Below are positions 55,466 to 64,000 of a DNA stretch of 64,000 nt, in pieces. Within the stretch, counting starts at the first letter, position 1; the number at the start of each line of letters is the position of its first letter. A program made the translations under genes and the position numbers. The notes under the pieces are model-generated. The model saw only the letters and a list, made by a program, of their open reading frames with translations. It was not told the origin of the DNA and did no database searches. This stretch comes from Macrostomum hystrix. Its lineage: Eukaryota; Animalia; Platyhelminthes. Where the stretch lies: the NCBI GenBank assembly GCA_950097015.1, contig CATNEN010000001.1, positions 15,128,001 to 15,192,000 of the forward strand, read 5' to 3'.

Positions 55466-58400
55466 TACGTCGCCTACCTAGTGAAAACGTTGAATCAACA
55501 CCAGCGACAAATCGCAGGAGGACAACGTCGTTCACGTTACCTCGACCGCTCACCCCAACGGCGCCTCCTGTGGAGCTCCAAATGGAAGCGTTAATTCCAC
55601 CACAAGGAAAACGACCAAAGCCACCACCACCAGCTATTCCACAGTGGCCAGCTTCCTACGCTTGCGTCGTCAAACATGTTACCACGGCAACAATGATCCA
55701 ACTGTGGTGCCGAGGTACACAACAAACCCGATATAGATGCACAGCACTTATCGACAGTGGTGCGTCAATCTCTTGCATCTCCTCTGCATTCGCTAAACGA
55801 CTTGGTACCCCGTTGCAGAACACCAATTTGAACGCAGTTTGTGCAGGTGGCCAACAGCTCTCCCTCAACCACAAAACTACTTTTCAAATGGAAATAGGAG
55901 ATAAGGTGCACTCCATAACTGCCTTCGTGCTGGATTCCCCATCATCGGATTATGACCTCCTTCTAGGAGTAGAAACATTCAAGACACTCGGAATCCCACT
56001 ACAATTTGACTATGCTAAGGCAATTGCCACACTTGGCAATGAAGAAATCGCCATGGTCAACGCACTCGCGCCTCAAAATGAGACATCAGCAATGTTAATG
56101 GAGAAGACAACGATTCCTCCGCAATCTGCCAGACGAACAACGTTGATGTTATCAACACACCACACACCTGGTCATCCTGTCTTCTTTGTGCCAAAGGACC
56201 ACACTATACAGAAACACCGATTGATTATTTCATCGAGCTTACTCACCATTAATACAGACGGCAACACAATTATGGTTGAGATTTCTAATCCGTCCTTATC
56301 ACCGGTCACACTACATCCACACCAAGTTGTCGGTAATCTCGCTGATATGCGAGACTATACTATTGTCGATACGGCTGCGACACTCAACCGCCTTGCCGTT
56401 TCGCCGACAACAGAGTGCACAAGAACACTAATTACATCTCAACTTCAAGAAGCCAATGCCCATCTCACACCGGATGAACAAGCTCTGCTCATCCCACTCT
56501 TGATCAAATATCGAGATGTCCTAGCTCTACTACCGACTGATATGGGCTGCACTACTCAATACACTGCCAACATCAGTGTACAACCACACAGCGAACCCGT
56601 CACAGCTCGTCCTTACCCAATCGCACATGGGCTTCAGGAACGATTCGATCAATTGATCGAGAACTTTGTCCAAAAAGGCATTATTAGCCCTAGCGAATCT
56701 GAATATTCCAGCCCTTGTCTGTTGGTAGAAAAGAAAACTCTGGACGACCACGGACGACGACAGCTACGTCTTGTAACTGACTATCGAAAATTGAATAAGA
56801 TCATCAATGCTCCTAGTATCCGTCCGCCGCGAATTCCTGACCTGCTCCACCGCCTGAAAAGCGCAAAACTCTTTTCTCTTTGCGATTTGGCGGATGCCTT
56901 TTATCAAGTCAGGATTGACCCGGAAAGTACAAAATATACCGCATTCATAGCACCAAATGGCCTTCTTTGGGAATTCAACAGACTACCACAAGGCCTCAAG
57001 TCCAGTCCTGGCTTTATGTGCCGACTAGTGGCTCTACTTACCGCCGAATCCGCCAACCAAATCGCCTATTTGGACGACGTACTTTTAATTTCTCAAAACT
57101 TTCAAGAAATGCTGGTCGAATTGAAGCACTTCTTCCAAAAACTACGTCACCATGGTCTTCGAATTTCACTCAAGAAGTGCATCTTCGCCAAAAAGGAAGT
57201 TCAATACCTAGGATTCGTAGTCTCGGAACATGGGATCAAACCAACACCAAGTTTGATTAAGAAGATTAAGACGTTCCCTACACCGACGTCTGTCAAACAA
57301 CTACAATCCTTCCTTGGTCTGGCTAATTTCTATCGCACACATATCCAAGGATATTCACAGATAATCCAACCTTTGTTGGTCGTGCTCAAATCATCGAGCA
57401 AGCCAAAGAAGTTTACATGGACCGACAGTGCTCAATCAGCTTTTGACGAACTTAAATCACTGTTAACCTCCGACATAGTACTAACGCATCCGGATCCGAA
57501 GAAGCCTTACTTTCTACACACGGACGCATCAGATACAGCTATTGGTGCCGTATTATCCCAATTAGACAGCAGAGGACATCAGAAACCTGTGGCATACATT
57601 TCAAAAACGCTCACGAGTACAGAACAACGCTATCCACCAATTGAACGTGAAGCGTATGCCATCTATTGGGCCATTAAGAAACTACACGTTTTTCTTTATG
57701 CCTCATACCTTCCGTTCCATGTCTTCACCGACCACCAGCCACTCAAGAGCATTTTTTCGGACAAACATCCTATTTCTCGCCGATTACAGAAATGGATATT
57801 ACACCTCCAAGATTATAACTACACATTGGAGTATGTCAAGGGAAAATCTAATGTCGTCGCAGATTGTTTATCACGAATTCCAAAAATATGTGGCCTCCAT
57901 TCGGTCACACAATTTGATAAACTACAAACTGCCATCGACGATGACCCTATCTTCAAGATCATCAAAGCGGCACTACTCGGTAAACCAATACAGCAAAAGA
58001 TACCGAGGACAACGCAACGATTTCTTAGACGACAGTTAAAATACTTTTCTGTACAAAACAACACGCTCTATTACGATGATGACAATGGAAACATGCGACT
58101 CGTTATACCACACTGTTATCGAGATGCCTTGTTATCCTCGTGTCAGACTCTGCAGAGACTGACACGCTTCTACTACTGGCCCACTCTCTACAAAGACGTA
58201 CAAACTTTCGTTAATGGGTGTACAATATGTCACCGCGCCAAATCTGGCCCACGACTGCACCCAGAAAGAAAAGCCGTCAAGTTCAATGAAGTCTTCTCAC
58301 ACCTGGCTATCGACATAGTTGGACCTGTACCTCCTGCAAACCGTGATAGAGACATTTTCAAGTACATCCTGACCGCTCAGTGTGGCGTCAGCAAGTTTCT

Positions 58401-59352
58401 CTTCACGATCCCACTATGCGATACTACGACAGCTACAATCTGCTCCAATCTGTTTCGATATGTGTTTTCTGTTGCCGGACTACCAGCCCATATCATCTCA
58501 GACAATGGTCCGCAGTTCATATCACAAGATTATCGCGACTTCATGAACACGCTAGGCATACAACTCATCTACACCTCATACTATCAGCCATCTAGCAACT
58601 TTGTTGAAAGAGCACACAAAACGCTCAAACAAACACTGACAGCATTTGTGCACGACAAACCCGAACTCTGGCTTGAATACCTTCCATCAGTTACGTTGGC
58701 AATAAATACAGCCGTACATGCTCATATGGGTGAATCTCCCTTCTATCTATTCTATGCTCGCGATTTCCTGCCACCTAATGCTAGAATCATAGAGCATCAA
58801 ACTACGGCCTACATGGATGTGATCAAGCCCGTCAACATTACGAGTTCTGCCATTTTACTCGCACGTGATATCGCCATTCAACATCTACACTCAGCAGTTG
58901 ATGCTCGTACTACACGACATAATGAGCAAATGTCTCAATCCACTCCGTTAAAAGTCGGCGCTCGCTGCTATCTAGATGTTTCCGCCACTAAGGCAACTAA
59001 ATTCTCTAATCCCTACCGTGGTCCTATGAGAATACTCAAATGGCTATCACCGCAGAATGTGCTCATCAATGATGTGAACAAGCCTCATGAACAACCTATC
59101 GTGGTACATGCTTCAAAACTCAAACCTTGGCCGAACGATACGCCTCCTGAAGCCATGATACCTGAGTTCACACATTCAACGGCTCAAACACACACTAATC
59201 ATCGAGCGAATCTTACTCGCTCAATTGCGTTGCAAACATCTCAGACGGACATCAAGCAGTATGAGACGGGTGCAGACCGTAATGCAACACCTACAAACAA
59301 CTTGAAAGAAGAGCCTAGATACCAACTACGCTCAAGAGCCGTACCACGATGA
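55399..59352 (+). CDS. pol: Gypsy Pol polyprotein: aspartic protease, RT, RNase H, integrase with GPY/F
   Basis: ALIDSGAS; RLVTDYRKLN, DLADAFYQ, YTAF, RLPQGL, YLDD; HTDASDTAIGAVL, TDHQPL, NVVADCLSR; IDIVGP, ISDNGPQF, VERAHKTLK; YRGP. The HH half of the integrase HHCC finger appears deleted. Confidence 0.95.
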   Translation: MQHWSLCVASTLHFGSTHRVALIRRLPSENVESTPATNRRRTTSFTLPRPLTPTAPPVELQMEALIPPQGKRPKPPPPAIPQWPASYACVVKHVTTATMIQLWCRGTQQTRYRCTALIDSGASISCISSAFAKRLGTPLQNTNLNAVCAGGQQLSLNHKTTFQMEIGDKVHSITAFVLDSPSSDYDLLLGVETFKTLGIPLQFDYAKAIATLGNEEIAMVNALAPQNETSAMLMEKTTIPPQSARRTTLMLSTHHTPGHPVFFVPKDHTIQKHRLIISSSLLTINTDGNTIMVEISNPSLSPVTLHPHQVVGNLADMRDYTIVDTAATLNRLAVSPTTECTRTLITSQLQEANAHLTPDEQALLIPLLIKYRDVLALLPTDMGCTTQYTANISVQPHSEPVTARPYPIAHGLQERFDQLIENFVQKGIISPSESEYSSPCLLVEKKTLDDHGRRQLRLVTDYRKLNKIINAPSIRPPRIPDLLHRLKSAKLFSLCDLADAFYQVRIDPESTKYTAFIAPNGLLWEFNRLPQGLKSSPGFMCRLVALLTAESANQIAYLDDVLLISQNFQEMLVELKHFFQKLRHHGLRISLKKCIFAKKEVQYLGFVVSEHGIKPTPSLIKKIKTFPTPTSVKQLQSFLGLANFYRTHIQGYSQIIQPLLVVLKSSSKPKKFTWTDSAQSAFDELKSLLTSDIVLTHPDPKKPYFLHTDASDTAIGAVLSQLDSRGHQKPVAYISKTLTSTEQRYPPIEREAYAIYWAIKKLHVFLYASYLPFHVFTDHQPLKSIFSDKHPISRRLQKWILHLQDYNYTLEYVKGKSNVVADCLSRIPKICGLHSVTQFDKLQTAIDDDPIFKIIKAALLGKPIQQKIPRTTQRFLRRQLKYFSVQNNTLYYDDDNGNMRLVIPHCYRDALLSSCQTLQRLTRFYYWPTLYKDVQTFVNGCTICHRAKSGPRLHPERKAVKFNEVFSHLAIDIVGPVPPANRDRDIFKYILTAQCGVSKFLFTIPLCDTTTATICSNLFRYVFSVAGLPAHIISDNGPQFISQDYRDFMNTLGIQLIYTSYYQPSSNFVERAHKTLKQTLTAFVHDKPELWLEYLPSVTLAINTAVHAHMGESPFYLFYARDFLPPNARIIEHQTTAYMDVIKPVNITSSAILLARDIAIQHLHSAVDARTTRHNEQMSQSTPLKVGARCYLDVSATKATKFSNPYRGPMRILKWLSPQNVLINDVNKPHEQPIVVHASKLKPWPNDTPPEAMIPEFTHSTAQTHTNHRANLTRSIALQTSQTDIKQYETGADRNATPTNNLKEEPRYQLRSRAVPR

Positions 59353-59853
59353 GCAATTATTCGCGCTATGAACTCGATACGATCGACATTCTTTAAATTC
59401 GTACATGTTACCTTCTACGTTACCCATATTTTTATTTTTTGTTATAATTTCTTTCCCTTCTTCACCCTTGATGTTTGATATAGAATACCATCATTCCTCC
59501 ACACATCTAATATCTATCTTCTATAGTGCACATTATATGCCTTGATATCACTTTTGTCAATCCAAAACACAAAAAACTACAAAAAATACCACTTTTCAAT
59601 ACACATTATTTAGTTTCTCGCTTATCCTATTTCTTTTCATAATTATAGATAATTTTATATATTACCTAAACTCGACATGCGGCTTCACCTATATTTATTC
59701 GCTACCTTTATTACCTCCTCATACATATATTACTCAGCTACGACTATTTCGAAGACAGACCTCTTCTCCTTTACACTTGTTCTAAACATTTTTTCCAATA
59801 TCTTTTCTTTCTGTCCTTTATTCCACATTCGCCTCATTGAGGCTCGACCGTGT

Positions 59854-59941
59854 GACTAATCTGATGACCTGGCGATTGACTAACCTGATGACCTGGCGAT
59901 TGGCTAACCCGATGACCTGGCGATTGGCTAACCTGATGACC
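59854..59941. repeat. 24-bp tandem repeat (G(A/G)CTAACCTGATGACCTGGCGATT), ~3.7 copies, in the element's 3' region
   Basis: Directly visible. Confidence 0.85.
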
Positions 59942-60213
59942 CGAAGTCTCACCGAATACCGCTGAAGTCGACACCGTGGCCTACACTGACACGCTGTCAT
60001 TCATCCAGCTATCGACTTCATCCCATACCGTCTTAGCGTTTACACCGACAGCGGCACAAGCGTCTCTCCCATCAATCAAGTCTCTCTGCCCGACTCCTGC
60101 AATTGCGATCTCTCGTGTCCGACACGAAGTAGAACCAGAAGCCTCATTTCAACGTGGTGGCCCTGAGAAGGGCCGTTTTAACGTTCACAATGGGCTAACA
60201 TCATACTGTGCAG

Positions 60214-60492
60214 TCAACAAAGCGACCCCGCAGCGAAATCGGCACCGTCTAGAGCAACTGCCGGACTAGCCGACCGCTGCTCTGGATGATGGGTATTCCG
60301 CCGTGGATATCGACATCTGCAGCCACAGCAGATGCACACCCACACGACCAGACTGACTAAGATGAAGGCGCCTAACAGCGCCCACAGGCTAATCAGCTGC
60401 CACTCGACGATCTGCAGTCGCTTGTCGAGACGCTCGACCTGAACACCGAGATCTGTTAAAAGCCAGCGCAGATTTGAAATTTGGTCTTGCAT
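60214..60492 (-). CDS. Putative small antisense transmembrane protein (92 aa) of the Gypsy element
   Basis: ATG start; heptad-like N-terminus; ~22-aa TM (LISLWALLGAFILVSLVVWVCI); CCGCRCR Cys cluster plus basic residues; TATAAA on the minus strand ~85 nt upstream. Confidence 0.55.
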   Translation of the reverse strand: MQDQISNLRWLLTDLGVQVERLDKRLQIVEWQLISLWALLGAFILVSLVVWVCICCGCRCRYPRRNTHHPEQRSASPAVALDGADFAAGSLC

Positions 60493-61053
60493 TGCAAGTT
60501 GAGAAACAGTTTAACTTTTAGAAACTCGCTAGAAGTCAAATGTTGCACGCATAGAGCCCCACGTTTTTCTGTCCCTTTATATCACTTTTCGTCGCTTTAA
60601 TCCAAACCTCTCCTTTCCTTTACTTTCTAACTCAATAAACTTAACTGGACATGTACATTACTCGCGCACATAGTCTATGGCACTTCTCTGCGCTTCGCTT
60701 TATCTCTACCCCACTCCCTTTGTGCACCCTCCTTGACCCTGTCTAAGGTCTTGTATATGCCACTTGTTTTGACACTCCTAATCGATCGTGTTTTTCTATC
60801 ATATTCTTATACCAACTATGCATATAATCTTTTGATGTCACCTTACATTTAATGCTCCTTACAAATACTGCAATGCTATGCTACGTTTTAAATTTTTACG
60901 GAATGACCTTTATCTTTAGGCGTTTTGTCATTTTCCTATCTTTTGAAACCTGTTTCGAATGCATGCTATATCATTTTTTCTCCTACCCTACACTATTTTA
61001 CCTAATAATTATCAACATTTTGTTTCTTGAGCTCGGAGGACCTTCGCTTCTGT

Positions 61054-61071
61054 AAAAAAGGGCTAATGAAG
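61054..61071 (+). other. Polypurine tract
   Basis: AAAAAAGGGCTAATGAAG immediately 5' of the LTR's TG. Confidence 0.65.
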
Positions 61072-61467
61072 TGTTACAATTTAAACTATGCGATTTTTAC
61101 ATCTACGTGCGATTAGAATATGCAGCTCTCCTGCGCGAGGATGCATTTGCAGGAGCTCTAGGATTAGCCTAGAGACTCCTGCCCTATGGCAGCCTTTGAC
61201 CGGATGAGTATAAAAGTTCTTGCACTGAGAGAAAGTAGCCCGACCGCCCCGCTCGCCCGTTCCTTCTTCGCTTGCTATTCAATCTCCTAGCTAGATCCGA
61301 TATCTATTAGTCGCTAGCCTTTGCTATCCCTGGCTAGCCCCTGCAAGATCCAGATAATTAAGAATACCTTATTGAAATTGGAATTGTGACTCCTGGAAAC
61401 TTCACCCAGATCTTATCTTGAACCCTTTTCCATATCTTGGTTACTGACTCAGGATCCGTGAGTAACA
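61072..61467 (+). repeat. 3' LTR (396 bp)
   Basis: Terminal inverted TGTTAC...GTAACA; internal TATAAAA at ~61209; preceded by a PPT and not followed by a PBS; no second copy seen in the window, so the boundaries are inferred. Confidence 0.7.
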
Positions 61468-61766
61468 ATCAAATACTTGTGCTTGGGAATTACCTTCTCT
61501 CAGTGATTGTAATAATTGTAATAATTTATAGTGAGTTGTCATCTTTTAATTGTTTGCCGTAAGACCAACAAAATATAATCCGATTGAGAGTATAAGACCG
61601 AAAGTGAGTGCAACATCAGGAAAAGATAGTCGATTTTCCACGCCTCCTCATTACTTAGAAATAGCCGTGAACGATTGGCTCTCGTCAAAGACAACTAGTA
61701 AAGATAATAAGAATACTCATTAAGCTAGACATTGATAGACCAGAGACGAATCTAAAATATTTCACT

Positions 61767-63786
61767 GTGTCCGAAACTACTCCTGTTCCAGTGGAAGCTA
61801 GCACTGAGAACGATGTCGGTATGCCTGAGTCTTTTGCTCCTCCAGTAGAAGATGTTGAATGGGTAGATTTTGACAGCTTTGCTGAGAAATACAGAGGCAG
61901 TTACGAGAAGCATTTTCTCTTAAATCTGTGTTCCTCTTGCTATGAGCACGAAGGTGTATATCGATGTGTTACTTGTCGACTTAGCTTATGTGCCAGCTGT
62001 AAGAATGAGACGCATAAAAAGTTTTCAGCCCACAAGTTTCTCATGGAATAAGGAGAGTCTAATGTTTCGGGAACTGGATGCTACTCACGATGCTTTTGAA
62101 ATGTTTTGCTGCGCTTCTAGTAAATTGAATCTAAATGTCTGTGCGGCTACAAAAGTTGACCTTATAGATCTGGCTGGAAGCGTAAAGGTCGTTTTTATTA
62201 CCTGCGACTCCTGTGATCTTATTGGTGCACTCCTTTCCCAGGGGTTCTTCCCTTGTTGCGAAGGGTCAAAGCCTGATTCAGATGGGTATGCATTCTTTTC
62301 TTTTACCTTTTTGTCCCTGCTAGACAGTTTGTGTATGACTAGGCAGTTGCCTGTTCACAGAGCGGTTAGTACACTGCTCATTGGGCCAACTCTGGGACAA
62401 GGTACATATAATTTGGCTCTTGTAAAAAGCACTTATCAACGCATTCAACGACATGATGTTTTGCTGCGGTTTCGCCACCTGCAAATGGCCTCAGCAAAAT
62501 GGCCAAATAATTGTCTTCTCTGTCCAGATAATCACGCTGTGCGCAAAACTGTTGTCTGTGCAGATGCTCTATTTGGTTGGCAGCGCTTTAAAGCCAGGGG
62601 GCGTACACAACTGGAAATACCATCGCCTTTTGTGTGGCTCAAATATCACAACTGGTGGAGAAAAGTTTTGCTACCTGGAACAGTGCCTTGAACACTTTCT
62701 GCGAAACGTCAAAGTGTCTAAGGAATTACTTGTCGTATATGACGTGGGTAAGTTTATTATTATTTTATAAAATGCATACAATCTATGAAATACTGTTGCT
62801 TGTGTACAGTTATATGACAACATGACTTACTCTTTATCCCAATTCACAGGCTGTCGCGTATCCAGCCGGGTTACGTCCGCTGTGCAATAAACGCTTTTTA
62901 TGCTCTTGGTCACCTGCCCAGTCGTCAAAAAAAGTTTTCTGTTCGCGTTACTCCAGGCGCAGGTCTCTGCGATGAAGAGAATACTGAGCGAGCCTGGTCT
63001 CAACTCAGGCCGTTCGGTAAGTTTTTAAAGTACATGCGAAAAGACCGACGAGCGCAATACATGGCGCATATTCTATACTTTTTTAATGCACAACAGCTTC
63101 TTAGCGCTTCTGGGTGGTTTACACAACGTATTAAGCTTATGGTAGGTGCGGGAAAAAGCATTCTAAGTGAGCTAAAAGAGCTACAAAGCCAGTCTGCGAT
63201 TTTGCAGCACTCGGGGGTCCTAAATGACAGTCTGGTCATCTCTGAGGATGAAATTTTGGATTTAGGCTCCCAATGGTATGAAGATTCCCTCCGAGTAGCT
63301 GTACACAACTCGGAAGATGATATCCTATGTGAGCTACGCGCTTTTGCAGTGCACAGAGATCATTGGAGTAAACAGGTTGGTAAGTCGGTTGGCCAAAGTC
63401 AAACCAGAATGTGCTTGCGAAAGGTTAAAAGTTATGCATCCGACATGAAGAAACTCTACGCTCGTCTTCCAATTGAAGACAGAGCTTCTTTCGATGAATA
63501 TAAAAAGCCGCGTAGTGCGAAATATGAACATTTGTCTGGAACCGATCTTTCCATCCGATTTCGTCAGCGGGCTATCGACGTCAGTAACAAGTATAAACGC
63601 CTAAAAGAAGAAGCGCATATTATTTCAGATGAGTGGGTTGACCTTCAGGTTAATTTGCAGAGCCTCTGTGATGACTTAGCGAATCAGCCGGGCTTAGCCG
63701 CTCAATTTCGGGATTTGTTTAGAAGACTGCTTGAAGTTTCAAGTAAAAGCGTGACTGATGCTGTAAAATATGTTCTTTGCGAATAA
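61767..63786 (+). pseudogene. Decayed KDZ (Kyakuja-Dileera-Zisupton) transposase with B-box and CxC Cys clusters
   Basis: B-box C..C......RC.TC...LC..C....H.....H; CxC-like IDL.G......TC..C....LLSQGFFP; CLLCP...ADALFG..R.K; YDVG; FYALGH....Q..FS.R..PGAGL.D.E..ER.WS.L...G..LKYM; frameshifts and an apparent internal deletion. Confidence 0.78.
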
Positions 63787-64000
63787 GTTCTCCCTAAGCA
63801 CGCTGAGTCAGAGCGCTAATGAAGCGGTTGCTTCAGAAGATTCGGGGTCTTCTGATAGCGACTCCGATTAAGTATCCAACCAGTGTACTAATAATTCCAC
63901 CTTTACTTGTGTTTTTAATTGAAGTCAAGCGCTGCCTTGTAAAGTCACTCTGCAACTACTTTTGTGTGGGTGCTGTGAAGCGTTAAGTTTAGGAGCGCTA

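Larger units (their letters stand above)
52792..61467 (+). mobile_element. Ty3/Gypsy LTR retrotransposon with envelope upstream of pol; 5' LTR and gag absent
   Basis: env ORF, pol ORF with PR-RT-RH-IN order, PPT and 3' LTR; candidate 4-bp TSD ATCA at 52788-52791 and 61468-61471. Confidence 0.85.

Overview
Eukaryotic (invertebrate animal) genomic DNA, not prokaryotic. It shows spliceosomal GT-AG introns, GC-rich exons, dense simple and tandem repeats, and tRNA-derived SINEs. The style is reminiscent of a flatworm such as Macrostomum, but the species cannot be established from sequence alone. The first ~24 kb holds three host genes whose exon phases I checked by hand: COQ5 (2 exons, +), an AMPA/kainate-like ionotropic glutamate receptor (3 exons, +), and a 6-exon, 359-aa pantothenate-kinase (Fumble)-like gene (-) that the ORF track only shows in fragments and whose nucleotide-binding Gly motifs are degenerate. 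From ~26 kb to the end the window is mostly mobile or foreign DNA. It contains an endogenous +ssRNA-virus RdRp fragment (virga/nege-like), a P-element-family transposase, a Tudor-domain gene fragment between direct repeats, an RTE-like fragment, a 5'-truncated RNase H-bearing LINE with a 12-bp TSD, and a decayed KDZ/CxC transposase. The KDZ gene is apparently interrupted by the most unusual element: a Ty3/Gypsy retrotransposon carrying a herpesvirus-gB-like (class III) envelope placed UPSTREAM of protease-RT-RNaseH-integrase. This element has no gag or 5' LTR here, and an antisense small Cys-rich transmembrane ORF sits in its long 3' region. All family assignments come from motif recognition, not database searches.
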